From the NCBI RefSeq assembly GCF_018350175.1, contig NC_058384.1, positions 67,890,001 through 67,954,000 of the forward strand: a DNA stretch of 64,000 bases. Direction: 5' to 3'. Under the pieces are notes generated by a model, which saw only the letters and a program-made list of their open reading frames with translations, was not told the origin of the DNA and made no database searches. Source of the stretch: Felis catus (Eukaryota). This document shows positions 16,780 to 32,676 of this stretch, piece after piece. Position numbers and translations under genes: made by a program. The stretch's first letter is position 1; every line of letters begins with the position of its first letter.

Positions 16780-17705
16780 TGGGAACCAGGTCTTTGGAAG
16801 AGAAAGCGGAGTGCGGCGGCGGGGTCTGAGGCGGAAGCAGAGCGTGAGCTTCGAAGGGAAGGCCGGGCGCGGGCGGCTTCGCCACCGACGGCCAAGGCGC
16901 CGCCCCCCCCCCCGCCGGGAACGCCGCGGGCCCGGGGCCCGAGGGGCTGGGCGGGGCCGGCGCGGGCGCCAGTTCCCGGGGTGCCCCGCGCCGGCCCCGC
17001 CCCCGCGGGGCTCCCCCTCCCCGCCCCTGCGCGGGGCCTGCGGGCGGACGCCGACTCCCGGGGTGCACCGCGCAGGCTCCGCCCCGCCCCCGCCCTCGCC
17101 GCCCCCTCTGCGCGGGGCCTGCGGGCGGACGCCGACGCCCTGGTGGCACCGCGCAGCCCCGCCCCCGCCCCGCCCCGCCCCGCCCCGCCGCGGGGCAGGA
17201 CCTGCCGCCGCCCGGGACTGGGGAGCACAGCGAGTCGCGCGGGGGGAGCGGGGCGGGCGGCCGGGCAGCCGGCGGCGCCCCGGCCTCTCCCCGCCAGGCG
17301 GTCTCAGGCCCCTGGGACCCCTCCCCGCTTCTTCCCACCCTCCCCGTCCTGCCCCGCGTTCCCGACCGCCGCCTCTCCTCACGCCTGGACCTGCCCTTCT
17401 CGGCGCCCCCGTTCTCCAGGGAGATGCGATGAGCCGGCGCCCCCGCGTCCTCATCGCCGTCCCGGGCACGGTGCCCGTCCGGTGCCCGTGGTGGGGAGGG
17501 AGCCCCCCTCGACCCCTTCGTGACGCCCCTCCCTTGGGCCCCCGCCCAGCTGGAGGCCCTGGGCCATGCCCCAGGGGACCCATCCGGGAGGTCGGCTCTA
17601 GAGCGAGGAGGGTGGAGAAGAGAGAGGACGGGGCCTTGGGCGCCTCTGAGATGCTCCCAAGCGCCGGTGGAGCCCGAGCGAGGCGCAGGCAACCGCGCGG
17701 CAGGC

Positions 17706-17720
<15 letters not shown>
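16780..17720. promoter_or_regulatory. CpG-island promoter of ENTREP3
   Basis: Extremely GC-rich with many GC boxes and an internal 81-bp duplication. Confidence 0.75.
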
Positions 17721-22198
<4,478 letters not shown>

Positions 22199-22627
22199 CC
22201 TGGGCTTCTTGCCACTGTGAACAGATCCGGGTGAATGCTGGGGCCACAGGCACCAGCTGGTTGGGACCAACAACCCCCAGCGCCCCACGCACTGGCTGAC
22301 ACAAAAAGAAACCCGCTGAACACCCCCAGAAGTATCCCTTTGCCTCCTACCTCCGGGGGCTCCTGCTGCTTGGCTCTGCCCCTCTGGACCAGGGGAGCTG
22401 CTGTCCTGTGCTGCATGGGCATTCAGGCTGTGGGGGAGAGGCCCCCGCTTACAGCATTGGAAGAGGAAGATAAAGTCTTATCCCCCAGCATGAAAGAGCT
22501 CTCTCTGACTTGACAGGGACACTGTGGCCAGGGCAAAGGCGTGGCCCAGTGCTTAAGCACAGGGGGCTGTGTGCCTGTGTAATGGGGTGGTAAGGCATGA
22601 AGAGTCCAAAAAGTCTGGGGGACTCTC

Positions 22628-22751
22628 AGCTCTGCCACCTCTAGCTGCATGACCTTGGGCGAGTCATTTAACCTCAATTGCCTGATCCATAAAACATTGT
22701 GAAGATGAATGTTTGTAAAGCTCTGAATACACGGAATAAGCCTTCAATAAA
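22628..22751 (+). mobile_element. MIR SINE remnant in the ENTREP3 3' UTR
   Basis: CTCTGCCAC..GCTGCATGACCTTGGGCGAGTCATTTAACCTC resembles the MIR core. Confidence 0.6.
22746..22751 (+). terminator. ENTREP3 polyadenylation signal
   Basis: AATAAA at the end of a MIR-like segment. Confidence 0.7.
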
Positions 22752-23899
22752 TTTCAATTTTCCCCTTCTCTTCTGGATCATCTTGGTCACCATTGAAATT
22801 TGTCCTGGCATCCTTCATAGTTAAGAAAATTGCCTCAAGACATTTATTTCCAGCTATCTGTGTTTCTGCTTCTTTTCATAGCAAAATGTTTTCTCTCTTC
22901 CTGCCCTCCACTTCTTGAACACTCCAGTCAGGTCCCATCCCCACCCCTCCCCAGGCACTGCTCTCGAAAAAGTGTTCGGTAGCCAAAAAGGTTTCAGACC
23001 CAGTGGCCATTCCCCTGCCTGCATGTCACTTGACCCCTGAGAAACGTTTAACCCGGATAATCAGCATCTTTCCCCTTGAATTTTGCCCTTTGAAGACCTC
23101 ATGTTCTCCCATTTTTTCCCTCCACCCTTTCGGTTTCCTTTGCCAGTTCCGACACCTCTGCTGAGCGGTTTAATGCTGGAGGACCCCAGGACTCTCCCCT
23201 TGACCCTCTTCCGTTTTCTGTCTGCAAGAGGCACTTTAAATAATCTACGTGTGGCTTTAAATAATCTACGTGTCCACGGACAACTCTCCTTGGCTCCTCC
23301 ACGAGCTCCAACCTCCAACTTGACATCTCTGCTTGGATGTGTAGGGGACCTTTCAGACTCAACGTGGCCACAGGTGAACCCTTACATCCCATCCCCAGCA
23401 CCTGTTCCTCCACTGTTCCCATGTCGATCAACAGCACCACCGCTCAGCCGGCTGCACATTCCAGAAGCTTAGGAATCATTCTGATTTCATCTTTTCCCTC
23501 ATCCAACACACCCAATCCTACCCTGAATTCACGCGTGTTTCATCACCTACCCAGTTCAAGCCACCCCCCTCCCTCCCAGCCTCTGGTCTCTTTCCACTCT
23601 TGCTAAAATCCATTCTCCGCTCAGCAAAGTGATAAGAAATCATGTCACATCGAGTCCTGCCGAAGTCTGATGGCTTCCCGCTGTATTTACAATGGTCTCC
23701 AAACTCGCCAGCACACGATGGGGTCAGACACAGCCGGTCTCGCTGCTCCGGAAAACTGCCTCACACGAGCGCTCCGCCCCTCCTTCCCCTGCACACCTGT
23801 GCCCTGCGGCCGTGCCCCCCCTCACCTTACTGGGCATCCCTGCTGCGTCAGTGCCACGTTGTTCTGCGCACTTGCCACTACCCAGCATCAGCTTGCTTT

Positions 23900-24560
23900 T
23901 GTTTTTGCTCACTGCGCTGGGTCTAATTGTCAAGTTACTGGAGCGGTGCTCGGGCAGCCACAGGGCGCGTACGAGGGCGGGGAGCAGGGCGGCGCGCTGC
24001 GCGCACGCGGCGTCAGGCGGCCAAGCTTCTGGAACAACTCCCCAGCACGACTAGCGGCCTCAGGGAGTGCTGGGGCGTGGCCGGACGGCCACGCGATGGG
24101 AGGAACTGGGCACTGGGGTTCCCGCGGGACAGTTCCCGGGCGCTGACTGTTCCCTACCCCGAGGCTCCCAAAGGAGCCAGCTAAGGAACGCAGCCCAGCC
24201 CCGGCACGCTGGACTCGGCGGGGGACTCCGCCCCCCGTCGCCCATTACAGTGCGCTGTCGCCGGGCGCCCGGGAGCATGCGCGCTTCTCGCCTTCCGCGC
24301 CCTCTTTCGCGTACATTCCCCAATACGCTTGCGCCCCATCGGGACTATGGCTGGCCAGCGAGAGCAGTCCGTCCCCGAGACGGCCAATAGGCGCGCGGAA
24401 CGGGCCCGCGGCCGGCCTCCCGGCTATTCGAAGTCCCGCCCACGTACCGCCCCCCACATCCCGCGGCTGCGCGCAGAGGGGCTGCCGACGCCCTGAGCCC
24501 AGGCTCTTTGGGCCGCCCTTCCCGCGGTGCGAGCAGCGGAGGGGTTTCCCTTCGCCTCCG
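23900..24560. promoter_or_regulatory. Orphan CpG island, candidate distal GBA1 promoter
   Basis: CpG-dense; NRF1-like TGCGCGCA (23998-24005) and GCATGCGC (24275-24282), CCAAT at 24384-24388, GC boxes. No coding exon recognised nearby. Confidence 0.6.
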
Positions 24561-24691
24561 GTTGAGGTTTTCTTGAGAGGTGGAGTGGGAAGGAAGTCTG
24601 TAAAAGTTATCCATTCCTTAGTCATTCGACAAATGTACACTGCGCACGGGACCAGTGCCAGGCACTGTGCGGACACCGGTAATAAGGCACC

Positions 24692-24945
24692 CGGGATAGG
24701 GCGCGGGGATAGGGTACAGGGACAGGGCGCCAGGGTAGACAGCGGGGATAGCGCGTAGGGACAGGGCGCCAGGGAGGCCGGGGATAGGGAGCAGGGATAG
24801 GGCGTGGGGATAGGTCTTTGGCGATAGGGCACCAGGGATAGGGTGCGGATAGGGCACCGGGGATAGGGAGTGGGCATAGGGCCTCAGGACAGGGAGCTGC
24901 GATAAGGTACCAGGGCATCAGGCCCAGGGGATAGGGCGGGGCACC
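24692..24945. repeat. Degenerate ~13-bp minisatellite (GGGATAGGGCRCC-like)
   Basis: GATAG recurs at 24695, 24708, 24747, 24783, 24796, 24809, 24823, 24837, 24848, 24862 and 24930. Confidence 0.8.
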
Positions 24946-27559
24946 AGACACACCCTATCGTGCCTACCCTATTGTGCTTACCCTGGGACACAGCAATTAC
25001 AATGGGACACATTGGTACAGTTAAGTCCAACGGTGGTGAGCTACACAAAAGACGTAAAGGCTGTGATCTCGTGTTACAGGAGGGGTGTGGGAGCTTGCGT
25101 GGAGAGAGAATTTCTAAGAAAATGGCATATGAGCAGAGTTCTGAAAGAAAGATGAACAGGCATAAAGGAGGCCAACCGGAGGAGAAGAGTGTTGCATGCT
25201 GAAGGAAGAGCCTGCAGAAGGGACTTAGAGCAAAGGGGAGGAGGCTGGTCTCTCTGCCTTGGCACCTGCCCCTTATAGTCTGATTTCTACACAGCAGCCA
25301 AAGTGATCTTTTAAAAATATAAATCTAATCTTGTCACTTCCCTGCACCAAACTCTCCAGTGAATTTCCATCTTAGAACAAAAGTTGGACTCCTTATTGTG
25401 GTCACTGAGGCCCTACAAAATCTGGAGGCAACCAGACTCACTGGTTCTCACTCTCCCCCTCACTGGTTCTGACCAGCCCACTCTAGCTTTTGTTTTGCTT
25501 CGTAATTCTTATGGTCACCCGAAACCTTCTGTTTTTCTCCCTTCCACCCTCACTTGAATATGAGCTCCGTAGGGCCAGGGACTTCATCCTCCTCCTCATT
25601 GCCATATCCCCAGGCTCGAGAACAGTATCGACACCAGTATCGACACCTAGCAGATACTCAGTTATTTGTTGGGGCGTAAGGTGCGAGTGGAGAGGTGAGA
25701 AAGGAGGGGGAGCAAGGGCCAGGGCCCATAACCCCTCTTAAGGGCGGAGTGGAGCCATGGAAGGATGTAAGGAAGGAGAGAGTGGAAGCTTCAGAATTTG
25801 TGTTTTAGTTAGGACATCCAGTTCTCGGAGAATGGATTATAAGAGAAAAGTGGAGGTTAGGAGACCACGAGAGAGAGGTTTCAGTAGTTTAGAGGAGAAA
25901 TAATGGGGGTAAGGGTACAGAGAGAGAACAGAGTCAAAGATGAGCCCCAGGTTCTGGGAGGAAGGGGTTCCATTCCTGGGGAAAGAAAGCACAGGAGGAA
26001 GAGCAGAGTTGGCTGCAGGGCACAGTGACCTCGTGATTGTCCTGCCGATGGCGTCTGTGAGACACCCAGAGGGAAGGTCTGGAGGGCAGAGCCCTGTCAC
26101 AGAGTCAATCCCAGGAGAAAGACTGGGATCGGAGGTGGAGATTTGGGAACCAAAAGCAACTAGAAAGGAATCAAAGCCATGGGGTTGTCTCTTTGGAGAG
26201 AGCATGACGTATGAGGAGAGAAGGCCTAGACCAGGTCCCCGGAAGGGACACCTAGACAGAAAGGGGGGGGGGCTGCCTACAAAAGAGAAGGAGCAGCCAA
26301 AGGAGTGGGGGGACATCCGAACGTGGAGTAGAGGTTGGAGTCGTGAAAACAGGAGCAGGCTTCCGGAAGAGGGGAGTCCTGTGTCGACTGAGGTGAAGAG
26401 TCAAGTCAAAGAAGGGCCGAACCCTACCCATGGGACTTAGCAACAGAGAGACCATTAGTGACCTTGGCAGGAGCAGGTCTGGAGCAGAGAGAGGGTCCAG
26501 AGCAGGCCCGCGGAACGCAGGAAGTGTGAGAGGCATGTAGCAACTCGTTCAGGAAGTCTGGCCACAAATAACCCCATCGCGTGCGTTGCCCCGTGAAATC
26601 CTCGTCACGGCCGCCAAGGCAACAGGAGATGAGGAAATTCGGGCTCTCAGAAGTCAGGTCGCTCCCCGGTGTCTCAGATCTGGTGAGTGACTGAGTGAGG
26701 CTTCCGGTCCTGAGCAGGTTCCCCGGGGTCCCGGCTCAAATGCCCTTCCACTTTGCCCCTCCATCTTGGCTCTCTTTAGGGGACAGGGGCACACGGGGGC
26801 AGCGGAGGGAGACTTAAGGGTTTCGGACACAAGACGCCTCGGACTGTCCCTGGAGGGGGAAGACCGGCTGAGGAGCAATAAAGTACTGATTCCGCCCTGA
26901 GGTTTCCATGGAACTTTCCAGTCCACAGACATTCTTATCTTCCGTGAGCCTCATCACAACCTTGCACGAGAGGCTCGGAACAGTAGGGAACGTGCGGGCA
27001 GGTTCGCTGGTGTTCGCTGTTTGAACCCGTCCTCCCTGCAGCCTTGACCGCATCTCTCTGTCGGGCCTTCCTCGAAGTCTGACCCCCGCGTTCAGTTAGT
27101 CCCCCTCGGCCTGCGCGGTGGGGTCAGCGCTGCGGTGCTGGCTCAGCCAGACTATTTTTGTCCTGCTGCTTGTCGCTTATATTTAGCTCCCAGTCACCTT
27201 CTCTGGTGCTCAGCTAAGTCTTTTAAAAGTGCTGCGCGAAGGGGACAGAGGGATGCGTCCGCGGCCACCTCGTGCGCCCCTCGTGGCCGCTGCCAGCAGG
27301 CCGGCGTGCGGGCGGGGACTCCCCCAGGGCCGCGGTCCTCAGTCGCCCCCTAGGGGCGTTCGCAAAATCTGTGTCTTTTGCGCGGTCCCGGTCGGGAGGC
27401 GGTCAGAGGTGTCGGCCGTGCGAGGGCAGGAAGGGCAGACGGGCCAGACGGCGCAGGGTCGCCCCGCGGCGGGAACAACTGCCGGTCGTTCCGCGGGACG
27501 TTGGAATGTTCTGCTCAACAACACGTGCAGAGCAAAAATCAGATGTCAGCCTTGCAGGG

Positions 27560-28780
27560 GCGCGTGGGGGGGGGGGCGGTGCTCCGTCGGTTAAGCGTCC
27601 ACTTCCGCTCAGGCCACGATCTCACGGTACCTGGGTTCGAACTCCCCTGTGCTCTGTGCTGATTCCGTGTCTTCTTCAGATTCTGGGTCTCCCTGTCTCT
27701 CTGCCCCTCCCCCGCTTGCACTCTGTCTCTCTCTCAAAATTAAAGACAAAATTAAAAAAAAACTTTAAGCCTTTCAATTTAAGCAAGCCTTTATTATATA
27801 ATAATGCAGAGAAGTTTTACGCGAAGTTTTTTTTGTTGTTGTTGTTTTGGGGGGTTTTTTTTTTGGATAGAGCCCAATAATTTAGGAGAAGATCGTGGCG
27901 GAGAGGGAAGCGTGGAGACAGTACATCGTCCTGACGCGGCTGCAGCTGCCTTCTCGGTGACCGGGAGCGCGTGCAGCTGGGGAAAAGACGTGGTTGAACA
28001 GCCTTCTGCTGTGCCCTGTGCTCCCGCAGGTGCTTGCAAGGCCACCAGCCAGCAGCACATGCGACGCACTGTTTACTGGTTCAGCCCAGGTGTGATCTGC
28101 GGGGGGCCTGGGCGGCTCTGTGGGCTAAGCGTCAGACCATCTGTGCTCAGGTCATGATCTGTTGGTTTGTGAGACCAAGCCCCGCTGGGCTCTGCGCTCT
28201 GCACTGACACTGTGGAACCTGCGTGGGGTTCTCTCTCTCTCTCTCTCTCTCTCTCTGCCCCTCCCCTGCTCATGCTTGCGCTCTCTCTCTCTCTCTCTCA
28301 AATTAAATAAACATTTAAAAAAGTCTCTCCAGGGGCACCTGGGTGGCTCAATCGGTTAAGCGTCCAACTTCAGCTCAGGTCATGATCTCACAGTTCATGA
28401 GTTTGAGCCCTGCATCGGGCTCTGTGCTGACAGCTTAGAGCCTGGAGCCTGCCTTGAATTCTGTGTCTCCCTCTCTCTGTTCTTCCCCCACTCATGCTCT
28501 GTCTCTCTCTCTCTCCTTCAAAAATAAATAAAAACATAAAGTTTTTTTTAAAAAGTCTCTCCAGAGGAACCTGGGTGGCTCAGTCGGTTGGGCATCTGAC
28601 TTTGGCTCAGGTCATGATCTCGCAGTTCATGGGTTCAAGCCCTATAATCAGGCCCTGTGCTGACAGCTCAGAGCCTGAAGCCTGTTTCCGATTCTGCGTC
28701 TCCCTCTCTCTCTGCCCCTCCCCTGCTCATGCTCTCTCTCTCTCTCCTTCCAAAATAAATAAACATTAAAAAATATAAAA
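27560..28780 (+). mobile_element. Cluster of four sense Can-SINEs
   Basis: About 27560-27762, 28100-28320, 28332-28549 (TSD AAAAAGTCTCTCCAG) and 28565-28780. Confidence 0.85.
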
Positions 28781-28859
28781 AAGTGGATCTGTCACTGGAA
28801 TCTACTCCTGAAATCATCATTGCACTATATGCTAACTAACTTGGATGTAAATTTAAAAA

Positions 28860-30260
28860 AAAATCAAGTATTTGTGTTTCAAAAGACACCATCAAGAAGG
28901 TGACAAGATGGGGTGCCTGGGTAGCTCAGTTGGTTGAGCGTCCGACTTTGGCTCAGGTCATGATCTTATGGTTCGTGAGTTCAAGCCCCACATCGGGCTC
29001 TGTGCTGATGGCTCAGAGCCTGGAGCCTGTTTGGGATTCTGTGTCTCCCTCTCTCTGCCCCTCCCCTGCTCCTGCTCTCTCTCTGTCTCTCAAAAATAAA
29101 TAAATGTTAAAACATTTTTTTTTTTTAGTTTTTTCAACGTTTATTTATTTTTGGGACAGAGAGAGACAGAGCATGAACGGGGGAGGGGCAGAGAGAAAGG
29201 GAGACACAGAATCAGAAACAGGCTCCAGGCTCTGAACCATCAGCCCAGAGCCTGACGCGGGGCTCGAACTCCCGGACCGCGAGATCGTGACCTGGCTGAA
29301 GTCAGACGCTTAACCCACTGCGCCACCCAGGTGCCCCAAAACATTTTTTTTTTTAAAAGGTGACAAGATGACCCACAGAATGGGAGAAAATATTTGCAAG
29401 TCATATATCTGACAAGGGCCAAGGATCCAAGATATATAAAGAGCTCCTACAGCTCAATCACAAACAGACAACCCAATTTAAACATGGGCAAAGGATTTGA
29501 ACAGACATTTTCCCGAGGATAACGTACAAATGGGCAACAGGCACATGAAAAGATGCTCGACAGTATTGGTTATTAAGGGAATGCAAACCAAAACCATTGT
29601 GGGCCACCACTGCGCCTGCCCTAGGATGGCTACTGGCTACAATAAAAAAGACAGTGACAACCGTTGTCAGGGATGTGGAGACATTGGAACGCTCATGTGT
29701 TATCGAGGGGAATGTAAATGGTGCAGCCGCTTTGGAAAACTCCTCAAGAGAAACCAAAGTATTAGGGGCGCCTGGGGGGCTCAGTTAAGTATCCGGCTCT
29801 TGGTTTCGGCTCGGGTGGTGATCTCATGGTTCGTGAGTTCAAGCCCCACATCAGGCTCCGCGCTGGAAGAGTGGTGCCTGCTTGGAATTCTCTCCCCTCT
29901 CTCTCTGCCACTCCCCCACGCGTGCTGTCTCTCTCTCAAAATGAATAGACTTAAAAACGTTTAAAAGGAGAGAGAGAGAAACGAAAGTATGTTCGGAATA
30001 CTATTCAGCGACAAAAAGGAACAAAACAGTGACACAGGCCGTGACGTGAATGATCCTCAAAACATGATGCTAAGCGAAAGAAGTCAGACAGAAAAGATCA
30101 CATATCACATGATTCCATTTATATGAAATTCTAGAATAGGCTATCTTTAGAGACAGAACATAGATCAGTGGTTGCCTGGGACTGGGGTGAGAATGGAGAT
30201 TAACTGTTGCACGACTCAGTAAATTTACCAAAAACCATTAAACTGTATACTTGAGAGGCT
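28860..30260 (+). mobile_element. Degraded LINE-1 3' fragment (ORF2 end and 3' UTR) interrupted by SINEs
   Basis: ACCCACAGAATGGGAGAAAATATTTGCAA; translation NRHFPEDNVQMGNRHMKRCS resembles the L1 ORF2 C-terminus. SINE insertions at 28911-29110(+), 29127-29337(-) and 29764-29960(+). A separate short carnivore-L1 3' tail lies at about 28790-28862. Confidence 0.8.
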
Positions 30261-30267
30261 TTAAAAA

Positions 30268-32637
30268 TTTTCTTTAATGTTTATTTTTGAGAGAGAGAGA
30301 GAGAAAGAGCGAGAGAGACGGACAGAGCGTGAGTGGGGGAGGGGCAGAGAGAGAGGCAGACACAGAATCCGAAGCAGGTTCAAGGCTCCGAGCTGTCAGC
30401 ACAGAGCCCGACGTGGGGCTCGAACTTACGAACTGCAGGATCATGTCTTGAGCCGAAGTCGGACGCCCAACCGACTGAGCCGCCCAGGTGCCCGGCACAA
30501 ACACTTCTTGTTTTGATGAGTCCGATTTATCTTTTTTTCTTCTGTCATTTGTGTTTTGGAATCATATATAAGAAACCATTGCCTAACGAGATTCTAGACT
30601 TTGGCTATAATAAGAGGAGATTGTGGGGGAGCTTGGGGGGAGGTAAAATATTTATGTGTGGGAGGGACATGACTATTGGGGACCAGAGGGCGGACTCTGC
30701 TAGGGAGCCTCCTAGATGGCCCTACCTGGTGTTCATACCTTTGTCAGTCCTTCAGCACCGCCCCCCGTATCACACAGGGGAGGCCTGTGTGACCAATAGG
30801 GTGTTGTAGAAATGACGATGTGTGGCTCCCGGAGCTCCTGCCTGGCCGTCTCCCTGAGACCTCTCACGCTGCCATGTTGTGGGGACGCGCAAACAGCCCC
30901 GTGGATGAGTCCACACGGTGAGGACCCGAGGCCTCCTGCCAACAGCCAGCCTTCGGTCCGCCCGGTTCGTGTTAGTTAGTGGCTCACCGTCAGGTCGTCT
31001 CCGAGCCTGCAGAGGACCACAGCCCCGGCCAACATCTAGGCTACAGTCTCATGAGAAACCTCAAATCTGAAGCAGCCAGCTAAGGTACTCCTGAATTCCT
31101 GACCCACAGAAGCTCTGTGAAATAAGAAATGTTTCTTGTTGCATGAAGAAGAAGAAGGGGGAGGAGGAGGAGGAGGAGGAGGAAGAGGAGGAGGAGGAGA
31201 AGAAGAAGGAGGAGGAGGAGGAGAAGAAAAAGAGGGGGGCCTGGTGGCTCAGTCCATGGAGCATCCAACTCTTGGTTTCAGCTCAAGTCATGATCTCACG
31301 GTTCATGAGTTGGAGTCCTGAGCTGGGCTCTGCGCTGACAGTGGGGAGCCTGCTTAGGATCCTCTCTCCCTCTCTCTGCCCCTCCCCCCACCTCTCTCTC
31401 TCAAAAGAAATAAATAAACTTAAAAAAAAAAAACATATAAAAGCCTCAAGGGCAAATCACATTGTGAGAGAAATCTGTAAGATGAGATGATGTCTGTGCT
31501 GGAAACTCTTTACAAACGGAAGGGTAAGAGGGGGACACGAGACGCTCACCAACCGTGTGCCTGCAGAGGGGACCAGGGCAGGGACAAGGGCGCTGCAGCC
31601 TGCGAGCCGGCCAGGGCCAGGGGTATGTGCTTCACACACACCGTCGGGCTGAGCAAAGGGCAGCGCGGTGAGGTGCGGGGTGTCCCTGCCCTCCTCCCGA
31701 GAACGAGGCCTGACCGCACCTCCTGGAAAAACAGGAGACCGGCACGGGGCCGGTGATTCGGCTCCGACTGACCGCTTGGCAGCCGCCCGCCCGGGGCCCG
31801 GCCAGCTGCGCAGTGGGAGGAGGGCGCGTCTTCACGGTCGGCGAGCTCCCTCCACACACACGCCTAAGCTGCTGCTGTAGTTGGTGCACACACGTGTGTG
31901 GCCACACGTCGTCACCCGGGGGTCCGGTCACCGCCGCCTGGCGCGGGACGGTACACAGGCCGAGCGCACGGGGCGCGAGGACTCCCAGACGCTGTCCCGG
32001 CCCCTCCCGGGGCTGCTTCCACAGAGACCCCAGAAAGCTCCCCTCAGCGACCCTGCCGACACCCTGCTCTGGGCCCAGTCCAACGCGATTCCCACCCTGG
32101 AAGTGGAGAGGCTGGGTCTCCTGCGGCCTGGGAAGCAGGACGCGGAAGGGCTACGACCCGGTTCTCTGCGTGGAAAGACCCACAGCTCTTTGGGGGGGCG
32201 GGTCTGCCCCCTAACCAGACTCCCGACGGGTCGGGGGCGGGAAGCCCTCTCTGCTGCAGCTAATTTGCGCCCCTCCTTAGCCACTTACTGTCAGGGGAGA
32301 GCGGGACACGCCACCCCCCACCCCCCCACGAAGTCCGCCGTCGGGCTTGGCACGTTTGGGGACATTGCAGGGACCGGCACCTCGGCAGCGCAGCGCGTGT
32401 GGCTTAGCGTGATGCAGGAGTTCCTTCAAGGTCACCCAGCCGGAGAGTGCGGGAGCCAGGATTCAAACCCAGCTTGTCTCACTGAGACTAGGCTTCCGGG
32501 CCGTAGGAACCTAGAGGCAATGATCAATTTTGCCCGGAGTGTGTCTGGAAAGTCTTCACTGAAATCATTTCTTTAATGTTTTGTTTTGTTTTTTTTATTC
32601 TGACAGAGAGTGAGAGAGCAAGCTGGGGAAGGAACAG

Positions 32638-32676
<39 letters not shown>

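Noticed and set aside
29497-29964. ORF with LINE-1 ORF2 similarity
   Set aside because: Short decayed fragment interrupted by SINEs; not a gene or an active element.
31143-31490. Poly-Glu/Lys ORF
   Set aside because: Translation of a purine microsatellite running into a SINE.
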